DNA of 64,000 nt, taken from an uncultured Gammaproteobacteria bacterium (GTDB taxonomy: Bacteria; Pseudomonadota; Gammaproteobacteria; UBA9214). Shown one piece after another: positions 39,145-49,772 of the stretch. The notes beneath the pieces were generated by a model that saw only the letters and a program-made list of their open reading frames with translations, had not been told where the DNA came from and ran no database searches. The position numbers and the translations under genes were made by a program. The stretch lies in assembly GCA_963748215.1 (NCBI GenBank), contig CAVVHS010000002.1:96001-160000 (forward strand), written 5' to 3'. Every line of letters begins with the position of its first letter. Position 1 is the stretch's first letter.

Positions 39145-41331
39145 ATGCTATTCGGTCGCAACAAGAAGAACCCGGTAAAAATCGCCGACAAGGGTGTCAT
39201 GGAATGGCGATATGCCACCTGCGGCTATTGCTCCACCGGCTGCTCGATCGAGGTGGGACTGGATGCCGACGGTGAACCGGTCGCCTCGCGCGGCGTTGCA
39301 GATGCCGACGTAAATCGCGGCAAGCTGTGCATCAAGGGCATCTTCGAACACGAACTGTTCCGCAAGACCGCCGGGCGCGGCGACCGGCCGCTGATCCGCG
39401 ACAAGCGCTGGGAAGCCTTCACCGAAACAAGCTGGGACGTTGCGCTGGATAAAACAACCGACGAGATCAAGCGTATCCAGCAGATGTACGGACGCGACGC
39501 ATTTTCCATCGTCTCCACCGGCCAGATCATGACCGAGGAGTTCTACACGCTGGGCAAGCTGGCGCGCGGCGTCATCGGCACCAACAACTACGACGGCAAC
39601 ACCACGCTGTGCATGTCATCGGCAGTATCCGGCTACAAGCGCTCGTTCGGGTCCGACGGCCCGCCCGGCTGCTACGACGATTTCGAGCACACCGACTGCC
39701 TGCTGGCGTTCGGTTCCAACCTGCCGGAACAGCACCCGATCATCTACTGGCGCCTGCAGCAGGTGCGCGAGCAGCGGAAATTCCCGATTATCGTGGTCGA
39801 TCCGCGCGTGACCATGTTCGCGCAGTTTGCCGACATTCACCTGCCCGTGGCGCCCGGCACCGACCTGGTGCTGCTCAACGCGCTGGCGCACGTGATCCTC
39901 GAGGAAGGACTGGAGGATCGCGGCTATATCGAGGCACACACGCAGGACTTTGATGAATTCGCCGCTCTGGTGCAGGATTACGACCCGGTCATGGCCTCCG
40001 GCATCTGCGGCATCGATGCAGACACCATCCGCAATGTCGCGCGCGTATACGGCAAGGCCAGTGCCGCCATGACCATCTGGACCATGGGCATCAACCAGAG
40101 CACGCATGGCTCCGACGGCGTGGTGGCGATCAACAACCTGAATCTCATCACGGGCAACATCGGCAAGCCCGGCGGCAGCTCGCTGTCCATCACCGGCCAG
40201 TGCAACGCCATGGGCACGCGCGAGTGGTCGTCCTGCTCCGGACTGCCCGGCTACCGTGCGCTGGAAAAGGAGCAGGATCGCGCGGAAATTGCGCAGTTCT
40301 GGGGCATCGATCCCGGGTTCTTTCCGAAACAGCGCGGCATGTTCATGACCGACATCCTGCCGGCCATCGAGACCGGCCAGATCAAGGGCCTGTGGCTGAT
40401 CGCCACCAACCCGATGACATCGATGGCGAACACCGCGCGCATCCGCAAGACACTCGAGAAGCTGGAATTCCTGGTGGTGCAGGACGCCTACCGCGATGTC
40501 GAAACCAACGAGTACAGCCACGTGTTCCTGCCGGCCGCGGTGTGGGCGGAAAAGGAGGGCTGCTTCACCAACACCGAGCGGCGCGTGAACCTGATCCGCA
40601 ATGTCTGCAAGCCGCACGGAGACTCTAAGACCGACCTGTGGATCTTCAACGAGACGGCCAGGCGTTTCGAACAGGGCCGTAAAATGCGCTTCCCGGAAAC
40701 CGCCGAGGGCGTATTCGACGAACTCAGGATACTGTCGAAGGGACGCATGCTCGACTACTCCGGCATGAGCTACGACAGGATCGAGGCCAGCCGCGGCATC
40801 CAGTGGCCCTGCAACGAAGAGACTGCACCGGAAGGCTCGCAGCGCCTGTACATCGACGGTGTCTTCCAGACCGCCAGCGGCCGGGCAAACCTGATCGCGC
40901 TGCCGTTCTTCGACGACAACGAGCGTCCCGACGCCGAATACCCGTTCTGGCTCAATTCAGGGCGCGTGGTGGAGCACTTCCACACCCGCACCCGCACCGG
41001 CAAGGTAAGCAACGCCAACAAGTTCAGCCCGACCCCGTACATGGAGATGAACCCGGATGCAGCCGCGGAACTCGGCATCACGCACGGCACGTATGCGCGC
41101 CTGACCTCGCGCCGCGGCGATGCCGTTGTGCTGGTGCAATGTACCCAGCGCGTGCCGCGCGATATGGTGTTCATCCCCTTCCATTACCACGAATGCGTGA
41201 ACCGCCTGTCGCTGGGGCTGCTCGATCCGCACTCGCGCCAGCCCGCCTACAAGCAATGTGCCGTACGCATCGAATCGGCCTGTGACCAGGCGGCCGCCGG
41301 CGAGCGCAATCGCGCCGCGAGGGCGTTCTGA
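39145..41331 (+). CDS. NasA/NarB-like Mo-bis-MGD nitrate reductase catalytic subunit
   Basis: TCGYCSTGC...LCIKG [4Fe-4S]; DGNTTLCMSSAV (Mo-Cys); TGQCNAMG; GCFTNTERR; FHTRTRTG; no Tat signal and no C-terminal BFD-like domain. Confidence 0.88.
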   Translation: MLFGRNKKNPVKIADKGVMEWRYATCGYCSTGCSIEVGLDADGEPVASRGVADADVNRGKLCIKGIFEHELFRKTAGRGDRPLIRDKRWEAFTETSWDVALDKTTDEIKRIQQMYGRDAFSIVSTGQIMTEEFYTLGKLARGVIGTNNYDGNTTLCMSSAVSGYKRSFGSDGPPGCYDDFEHTDCLLAFGSNLPEQHPIIYWRLQQVREQRKFPIIVVDPRVTMFAQFADIHLPVAPGTDLVLLNALAHVILEEGLEDRGYIEAHTQDFDEFAALVQDYDPVMASGICGIDADTIRNVARVYGKASAAMTIWTMGINQSTHGSDGVVAINNLNLITGNIGKPGGSSLSITGQCNAMGTREWSSCSGLPGYRALEKEQDRAEIAQFWGIDPGFFPKQRGMFMTDILPAIETGQIKGLWLIATNPMTSMANTARIRKTLEKLEFLVVQDAYRDVETNEYSHVFLPAAVWAEKEGCFTNTERRVNLIRNVCKPHGDSKTDLWIFNETARRFEQGRKMRFPETAEGVFDELRILSKGRMLDYSGMSYDRIEASRGIQWPCNEETAPEGSQRLYIDGVFQTASGRANLIALPFFDDNERPDAEYPFWLNSGRVVEHFHTRTRTGKVSNANKFSPTPYMEMNPDAAAELGITHGTYARLTSRRGDAVVLVQCTQRVPRDMVFIPFHYHECVNRLSLGLLDPHSRQPAYKQCAVRIESACDQAAAGERNRAARAF

Positions 41332-41349
41332 TGGCTGTCACACGCTTTC

Positions 41350-41414
41350 CTGCAGGAGCGCATCTCATGCGCGATGTATTGATAACACCTGTCGCGGATG
41401 AGATCCGCTCCTAC
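41350..41414. repeat. REPIN (REP family 1)
   Basis: GCAGGAGCGCATCTCATGCGCGA...TCGCGGATGAGATCCGCTCCTAC. Confidence 0.88.
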
Positions 41415-41439
41415 AAAAACATATCTCTTTTGTACAACC

Positions 41440-43278
41440 ATGTTTGAGCCGCGCCCGAAAGAACAGCCCTATGCCTTCGTGCCGCAGGCCGCGCACCCGG
41501 AGACGAATTGCTATGGCACGCCGATCGAGACCGTGCCGGAAGGTCATGATCTGCGCGGGCAGTCGCTCAACATCAACGGCGATGACAGCGTGCCGGACAA
41601 CCCGGACCGCTACAAGCAGCACGGCTTCTATTTCAATGCCGACAACTGCATCTCCTGCCATGCCTGCGAGGCGGCCTGCTCGGAGAAGAACGACTTGCCC
41701 GCGCACATTGCATTCCGCTCGGTCGGCTACGTGGAGGGTGGCAACTATCCTGCGTACCAGCGACTCAACATCTCCATGGCATGCAATCACTGCGACGACC
41801 CGGTGTGCCTGAAGGGCTGCCCGACGCGCGCCTACACCAAGTTTGCCGAGTACGGCGCAGTGCTGCAGGACCCGGACATCTGTTTCGGCTGCGGCTACTG
41901 CACCTGGGTATGTCCCTACAACGCGCCGCAGCTGGACACCCGGGCCGGCCATGTCTCCAAGTGCAACATGTGCGTGGACCGGCTCGAGGTCGGCCTGAAA
42001 CCGGCCTGTGCAGCGGCCTGTCTCGCCGGCGCGCTGGATTTCGGCATCATGGAAACGAAACCGGAACACCGCGACCAGCTGGAGACCAGCATCCCCGGTT
42101 TTCCGTCACCGGGCATCACGCATCCGAATATCCGCTTCCAGCAGACGCGCAGCCTGCCGCGCGCGATGACGCGCCCGGACAGCATGCCGATTCGCTATGA
42201 GCGCAGTGGCAAGCAGGGCGAGTCCTACCTGCCGCAGGTGGATGAAACCCGGCGTACACGCGCCTGGAACCTGAAAAATCTCGGCACACGCGAAAATCCG
42301 CTTGTCGTCTTCACCCTCGTGTCACAGGCGGTGATCGGCGCCTTCATCGTGCTGTTTCTCGGCCCGCGGTTTGGCCTGCAGACGCTCTCGATGCAGGACC
42401 ACCCGGTGGCCATGCCACTCATACTGTTCGGCCTGATCGGCATGCAGACCCTGGCACTGGTGCTGTCCACCCTGCACCTGGGCCGTCCGCACCGTTTCTA
42501 TCGCGCCTTCAACAACCTGCGTTACTCTCCGGTGAGCCGTGAGGTGGCGGGGATCGCGGTGTTCTATAACTTCCTCGGCGCCTATACCCTGCTGAGCGCC
42601 CTGCCCATGCTGTTCGGCTGGCTGCCGGACGGGTTGCTGGCCGCGCTGGTGCAAGTCAGCGGCTGGGGCGCGGTGCTTTCCGGCCTTGCAGCACTGTATT
42701 TCATGCACCGGATCTACCGCATCGCGGCACGTCCATTCTGGAATCACTGGCAGGTGCTGACCTCGTTCTACGGCAGCATGCTGACGCTTGGTTCGATGCT
42801 GATCGTGGCGGTGTATGCCGGCGTTCAGCACTACAACGGCCTGGCCTGGCAGGAGACAGCGGCACGGCTGGCTATCGTCATGCTGGCCGGGCTGGCGCTG
42901 GAGGCCATCGGCCTGTTTTACCATGCGCGTGACCTGCGTGCAGGCAGCGGCGAGGGCCAGGCCTCGCATTTCGAGCAGACTACCCGCTTCGGGTACACCT
43001 ACCTCGCGCGTAACAGTGGCATCGGTCTCGCCATGGCGCTGTTGCTGGCACTGGCGGTGACGGCCCCGGGTGGCGTACCTGGCCTGCTGGCCTGGCTGAT
43101 CACGACCGCCATCATCGCCGCGACGGCTGTCGTCGGCCGTACCCTGTTCTACGCGCTGGTCATTCCCACCACCATGCCGGGTGCGTTTTTCTGGCGCAAC
43201 AAGGGGTTCGAACAGCATGCCCGTGAAACCGGTCTGGCTGAATTGCCGCAGGTCGGCGTGCTGCCGGACTGCCATTGA
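41440..43278 (+). CDS. Fused DmsB-like four-cluster ferredoxin and DmsC/YnfH-like membrane anchor
   Basis: CISCHACEAAC, CNHCDDPVCLKGCP, CFGCGYCTWVCP, CNMC...PACAAAC; then PLVVFTLVSQAVIG, STLHLGRPHRFYRAFNNLRYSPVSRE, about 8 TM helices, VVGRTLFY. Confidence 0.9.
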   Translation: MFEPRPKEQPYAFVPQAAHPETNCYGTPIETVPEGHDLRGQSLNINGDDSVPDNPDRYKQHGFYFNADNCISCHACEAACSEKNDLPAHIAFRSVGYVEGGNYPAYQRLNISMACNHCDDPVCLKGCPTRAYTKFAEYGAVLQDPDICFGCGYCTWVCPYNAPQLDTRAGHVSKCNMCVDRLEVGLKPACAAACLAGALDFGIMETKPEHRDQLETSIPGFPSPGITHPNIRFQQTRSLPRAMTRPDSMPIRYERSGKQGESYLPQVDETRRTRAWNLKNLGTRENPLVVFTLVSQAVIGAFIVLFLGPRFGLQTLSMQDHPVAMPLILFGLIGMQTLALVLSTLHLGRPHRFYRAFNNLRYSPVSREVAGIAVFYNFLGAYTLLSALPMLFGWLPDGLLAALVQVSGWGAVLSGLAALYFMHRIYRIAARPFWNHWQVLTSFYGSMLTLGSMLIVAVYAGVQHYNGLAWQETAARLAIVMLAGLALEAIGLFYHARDLRAGSGEGQASHFEQTTRFGYTYLARNSGIGLAMALLLALAVTAPGGVPGLLAWLITTAIIAATAVVGRTLFYALVIPTTMPGAFFWRNKGFEQHARETGLAELPQVGVLPDCH

Positions 43279-43432
43279 ATATGACCGGCTCGAAATACCT
43301 GGATAATCTGGTCACGGCCCATGTGCGACCCTGCAGGTACGTCCTATTGTAGTCAGGAGCGGGTGCTGTCCGCGAACGGTTGCGGCCACATTTGTTCGCG
43401 CATGCCTGCGCTCCTGCAGCTATATTAATCGC

Positions 43433-43801
43433 ATGCACGCAACCACCCCTAAACGCCTCGCCGATATCCGCGACGATTTTGAGCGCGGTGTGTTTCTTGC
43501 GCTGTACAACTCACGCCGGCAACGGCTGCTCCGTGCCATAGCAGCGCTGATCCTCGGCATCAAGCACACCCTGCGCGGCATCCTGTTCAGCTGGCCACTG
43601 TACCTGTTGCCGCTGGCCGCATGGATATTGCAGGCGCGTTACCTGCCACTGATCGTGGTGCTGTTGCTGCCCGGCGTAGTGATTTCCGGATTCATTCTCC
43701 GGCGCGGCGTGCGTGAGGACTACGCGCGACTGGTGGATGGCTGCATACTACGACCGGGTTACCCCGGCCGCATACTCTTTCCGGGTAATTTCAGTACATG
43801 A
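43433..43801 (+). CDS. Small membrane protein of unknown function
   Basis: ATG ORF with two hydrophobic segments; ATGA-coupled to the next gene. Confidence 0.6.
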   Translation: MHATTPKRLADIRDDFERGVFLALYNSRRQRLLRAIAALILGIKHTLRGILFSWPLYLLPLAAWILQARYLPLIVVLLLPGVVISGFILRRGVREDYARLVDGCILRPGYPGRILFPGNFST

Positions 43802-43955
43802 AAAATAACCTGCCGGTACTGGGTTTTGCCGCATTCAGTGGAACGGGCAAGACCACCCTGCTGAAACAACTGATCCCGCTACTCGCGCAGCGGGGCATAC
43901 GTGTCGGCGTCATCAAGCATGCACACCACAATTTCGACATCGACACGCCCGGCGA
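43798..43955 (+). pseudogene. mobB: mobB 5' fragment
   Basis: PVLGFAAFSGTGKTTLL...VGVIKHAHHNFDIDTPG, after which homology stops. Confidence 0.8.
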
Positions 43956-43994
43956 CGCGCGGGCACGCAGTGAAAAGGCGCCAATGGCGCCGGT

Positions 43995-44135
43995 CATCTT
44001 CAGCCGGCGAATGACACTGGCCTCACCCGGGCCGGGTGAGGCCAGCACACCGATATCCGCCGTCGTCAGTCGTTTCCCGGCCAACAGCACCTGCTGGCCA
44101 GTGGTGACATCCTCACCGGCTGCACGCGCGTTCTG
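43995..44135 (-). pseudogene. moeA: Internal moeA fragment in inverted orientation
   Basis: QNARAAGEDVTTGQQVLLAGKRLTTADIGVLAS...SVIRRLKM matches the MoeA NIR..GED...RL...DIGLLAS segment. Confidence 0.7.
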
Positions 44136-44186
44136 CCGTCATCGATGACCGCTGCCAATGTAAAGGGTCAGATACCGAGTAGGCTC

Positions 44187-45596
<1,410 letters not shown>

Positions 45597-45712
45597 TCAT
45601 TCACGCAGTGACACCGGCCGGATGATTCCGTATATCACAAATTGCCGACAGCGCAATTAAAATACGTCAATATAGACCAACAAAACGTGACGCCCACAGG
45701 AGTTTCAACATC

Positions 45713-46012
45713 ATGGATATGGTCAATCAGATCGGGTCGCTGGCCGGCATGCTGACGACCATAGCCTTCATTCCCCAGGTCGTCAGAACCTGGAAAACCG
45801 GCTCGGCGCAGGATATTTCCCTGCTCACATACCTGTTTTTCACCTGCGGCGTGCTGCTGTGGCTGGTCTACGGGTTCATGTTGCACGCACTGCCGGTCAT
45901 TGCCGCCAACGGCGTCACCCTGACCCTGTCGACATCCATCCTCGGCCTGAAGATCAGGGACATGCTGGCCCGGCAGCGGCGGCTGCGGGCCGCAGATCAG
46001 CGCACGTTGTAA
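45713..46012 (+). CDS. SemiSWEET / PQ-loop transporter
   Basis: AGMLTTIAFIPQV...DISL...LWLVYG...PVIAAN. Confidence 0.88.
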   Translation: MDMVNQIGSLAGMLTTIAFIPQVVRTWKTGSAQDISLLTYLFFTCGVLLWLVYGFMLHALPVIAANGVTLTLSTSILGLKIRDMLARQRRLRAADQRTL

Positions 46013-46097
46013 TGGCGCTGACCTGCCGGACTGCCACCCTGGCAACAATTCTGGTGTAGATTACCCGCCTGGCTTGGCTGACTTTGGAGACATCGCC

Positions 46098-47183
46098 GTG
46101 TACCCGATCCAACGCCTGGAAATGATGGCAGCCATCACCCTGCTGTCCCTGCTGGTCATCGGCACCGTACTGGTTCTGAGACCGTTCATCATTTCGCTGA
46201 TCCTGGCCGCGGTGCTGGCCTACGCCTCTTGGCCGGTCTATGAATGGCTGCTGGCCCGGCTGCGCAACCGTCCCGGTGCGGCGGCACTGGTCATGACCCT
46301 GCTGTTGCTGCTGACGCTGGTCACCCCGTTCGCGGTGATGGGCGTCAGCCTGGCGGACAATGCAGTGGAACTGCTGCGTCTGCTGCGCGAGGCGCTGAAC
46401 CGGCCGCTGCCGGCGCCCCCGGACTGGCTGCAGAATGTGCCGCTGGCCGGCGGCTACCTGCACGGCAAGTGGCTGGCGATGATGCAACACGAGGAAGGCA
46501 CGCTCCTGCTTCAGTTCCGCGAGCAACTGCAACAACTGCCATTGCGCAGCTGGGCCATCGATGCCGGCACCGCGCTGGTGAATGGCGTGGTACTGATCAG
46601 TTTCAGCGTACTGATCTGTTTCTTCTTCTACCGCGACGGTCCCGCCATCACCACGCGCATGCAGGCCGTCATGGAACGCCTGACCGGGCACCGTGCGCGC
46701 AACCTGATCGAGGTTACCGCCGGTACCGTGTCGCGGGTGGTCAACGGCATACTGGGCACCTCGCTGGCACAATCGGTGCTCGCACTGATCGGGTTCTGGA
46801 TCGCCGGCGTACCCGGCGCCATGCTGCTCGGCCTGCTTACCTTCTTCCTGTCCATACTGCCGATGGGGCCGCCGCTGGTGTGGATTCCCGCCACGGCGTG
46901 GCTGTACTTTCAGGGAGACGTCGGCATGGCCATCTTCCTCGGCACGTGGGGCCTGCTGCTGATCAGCAGCATAGACAATTTCGTCAAGCCGTTCCTCATC
47001 AGCCGCGGCGGTTCGCTGCCGCTGCTGCTGGTATTCATGGGCGTGCTCGGAGGGTTACTCGCATTCGGATTCATCGGCGTATTCCTGGGCCCGGTGATAC
47101 TCGCCGTGGCCTACGCGTTGCTGACCGAGTGGATCAACCCGACGCAGAACGCCGCCACGCAAAACGAAATGACTGACAGCTGA
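46098..47183 (+). CDS. AI-2E family transporter
   Basis: FFFYRDG, IDNFVKP, GVLGGLLAFGFIGVFLGP. Confidence 0.9.
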   Translation: MYPIQRLEMMAAITLLSLLVIGTVLVLRPFIISLILAAVLAYASWPVYEWLLARLRNRPGAAALVMTLLLLLTLVTPFAVMGVSLADNAVELLRLLREALNRPLPAPPDWLQNVPLAGGYLHGKWLAMMQHEEGTLLLQFREQLQQLPLRSWAIDAGTALVNGVVLISFSVLICFFFYRDGPAITTRMQAVMERLTGHRARNLIEVTAGTVSRVVNGILGTSLAQSVLALIGFWIAGVPGAMLLGLLTFFLSILPMGPPLVWIPATAWLYFQGDVGMAIFLGTWGLLLISSIDNFVKPFLISRGGSLPLLLVFMGVLGGLLAFGFIGVFLGPVILAVAYALLTEWINPTQNAATQNEMTDS

Positions 47184-47231
47184 CAGCGCATCGCGTACGC
47201 GACACCCGGACATGATGCCGGGAGGATGTTG

Positions 47232-47570
47232 CTAGTTTGCCTGGTGGCAACGGCTGCAGCGTTTCGCGGGACCGCCGGGCCTGCCTGCCTTTTTCAGGTC
47301 CAGATGACAACCGAGACAATGGTCATGAAATGCATCAGGGCTGTTGCGCGGCATGCGTGAACCCGCCATATGGCAGGAACGACAGGCGCGTTTGATGCGA
47401 ATGCCGGGCGATGTGTGGTGACACGTTACGCACTCGATGTCCTCATGCCTGTGATGCGAAAACCGAACGTTACCCGGTGCGGACTCGATCAACACCGTAT
47501 CGGGCGGCACTGCCGGCACACCGGCCGCGCAACACACCAGACAGGCCAGCAGCAATATCCGCGCATTCAT
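47232..47570 (-). CDS. Tetraheme cytochrome c3-family protein
   Basis: Signal peptide; FSHHRH, CVTCHH, CRSCH, AFHDHCLGCH, CSRCH. Confidence 0.85.
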   Translation of the reverse strand: MNARILLLACLVCCAAGVPAVPPDTVLIESAPGNVRFSHHRHEDIECVTCHHTSPGIRIKRACRSCHMAGSRMPRNSPDAFHDHCLGCHLDLKKAGRPGGPAKRCSRCHQAN

Positions 47571-47666
47571 GAATTCTGAAACCATGCGAACAGCAGCGAC
47601 AGGACTGTCAGCAGCATTCCGATCGCAAGTGCCAGGATTCGTGCCAGCCAGATACGCATACTGTTA

Positions 47667-49005
47667 TTACGCCATGTCGAAAAGTTCGGTGTGGATGTGC
47701 CGCAGGGGCACGTTCATGACAGCAAGACTGCGTTCGACGCTGTCGGTCATCGGTTTCGGCCCGCACAGGAAATATTCCAGTTCGCGACAGTTGTCGGGCA
47801 GGTGGCGCTGCAGCATGTCACGGGTGAGGTAGCCACGCTCTCCGGTCCAGTCCGGCGGCGGTTCCCTGAGCATGATAACCAGGTTCATCTTGCAGGCGTT
47901 TCTGTAACGCCAGCAATTCCTCCCGGGCCGTCAAGCGCTCCAGGCTCCGGTAGGCATAGAACAGCCATACCGGCCGTCGGTCACCTCGGTCCGCCAGCGT
48001 CCGCAACATGCTCAGAATCGGTGCGATGCCGACCCCGCCCGCCACGAACACGTGACCCGGCGCATGCGGATAGCGGTCGCATGAGAATGCACCGAACGGC
48101 CCGTCCAGATAGACACACTCGCCCGGCACGGCCGTGTCGATACGCGATGTGAAATCACCCAGCCGCTTGATGGTGAATTTCAGTCGCTGCGGTTGCAGCG
48201 CACTGGAGGCAACGGAAAATGGATGCTCGCGCATGGCCAGCGGCAAATGCCAGAGATTCAGCCAGACGAACTGGCCCGGCATGAACGTCAGTCCGGAATG
48301 CCCTTCCGGCGCCACCGTCAGTGTCCAGGCATCGCCGCGCTCCGCCTTGACGTCCACCACGCGGTATCGGCGGCGCATGATGAGCAGCGGTCTGACCAGG
48401 CGCACGTACAGCAGCAGGAGGAAAACACCGACTGACATGGTCAGCCACAATTCGCGCTTGAAAGGCGCCTCGACGTAGTAGTTGACGCCGGCAACGTGGA
48501 CCATGGCCAGGCCGACAGCAAGTACGGCCAGCACGGCATGCAGGAAGCGCCACAGGTCATAGTGCAGATGCAGCGCCTTGCGCCACAGCGAGGTCACCAT
48601 CAGTAACATCATCGCGATCAGCGCCACGTTGCCGGCCAGCATGTGCCAGGGCGCATCGGGCTTGAGATATTCGATCAGCAGCGGCTCCACGCCGACCAGG
48701 ATGAGCGGATGGGCCAGCAGCAGTACAAATGCGACCAGCGCGATCCAGCGATGAAAGTAGTAAATGATATCGATGCCGAAGGCATGCGTGAACCATTTGA
48801 TACGCGCGGTCAGCAGAAACATGGTGAACATGATCGCCAGTGCCGAAAAACCGAGCGCAACCGCGAAATCCCAGTTGAATGTCGTGCCTGGCGGCACTTC
48901 GCCGACCAGCAGAATGCCCGGCGGCAACAGGACCAGCAGTAGGTACAGGCTGATCCACAGCAGACCGCGCAGCGTGTAACCGGGCCTGGCTACCACGCCA
49001 CTCAC
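47667..49005 (-). CDS. Ferric-reductase-like TM domain plus FNR-type oxidoreductase (+1 insertion near 47890)
   Basis: YYFHRW...AHP, WRFLH...MVH heme His pairs; FMPGQF, EHPFS, DGPFG, AGGVGIAP; continues in the 47667-47888 frame as FLCGPKPM...HTELFDMA. Confidence 0.85.
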
Positions 49006-49124
49006 GCAGAATCAGCTTCGACCGGGAACCCGGGATGACAGTGCCGCATCACGACATCATACACCTGCCGCCGGGCAGGTGCGTTCGCCCGGCAAGCGCT
49101 GCTTATGCAGCGGATGCGTCGCAG

Positions 49125-49610
49125 TCAACCGTACACGTCGTCACGATGATTGATGAAATCGAGGTAATCGATGTAATGGCTGCCGTCGCAGGAAAAGACC
49201 AGCCCTACCATGCCGTTGATGATATTCAGTGAACCCGAGCGCAGGTAGATGGCATCGTCCTTGTGACGCAGGACACGGATGATGTCCAGCACCACGCGGA
49301 TCCTGTCCGGCGGCACGCTGGCGTTAAGCGGGTACAGGGTATGCAGAAAACCCTTGTGAAAACCCGGCGCGAGAAATTCCTCCTTGATATACACCTGGTA
49401 ATTATACGGGTCGGTCATCGACCACAGTGTCACCTGGCCGCTGGAGAAGTGAATCTTGGCGTGGAAGATACCGCGTTCGCGCAACAGCACTTCCACGGTA
49501 TCGATGACGGCATCGAGCTGATCGTCGAATTCGTTGTTGACCCGGGACTGGCTGAACAGGAACTGCCGAATCGACGGATCGCCTCTAATCTGTAGCCAGC
49601 GTTTCAGCAT
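49125..49610 (-). CDS. Hypothetical protein
   Basis: 161-aa ATG ORF with GGAGGG RBS and host-like codon usage. Confidence 0.7.
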   Translation of the reverse strand: MLKRWLQIRGDPSIRQFLFSQSRVNNEFDDQLDAVIDTVEVLLRERGIFHAKIHFSSGQVTLWSMTDPYNYQVYIKEEFLAPGFHKGFLHTLYPLNASVPPDRIRVVLDIIRVLRHKDDAIYLRSGSLNIINGMVGLVFSCDGSHYIDYLDFINHRDDVYG

Positions 49611-49772
49611 GCACCCCTCCCTGCTGCAGGTAACCTATGGGTTATTTGCAAGAATTGAGCCAGGCATAACACAACTGGTTTTACAGGGATTTTCCCGGAA
49701 ACCCGGCGATTTTCTGCACACATCGGGGGCGGGGCGCACTGACTGTGTGCGTCTCAGGCGCCTACTGCCGCA

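Noticed and set aside
39145-41331. Periplasmic NapA or DMSO reductase DmsA
   Set aside because: No twin-arginine leader; Cys-type Mo ligand motif; located in a nirBD operon with sigma54/NtrC-type signals.
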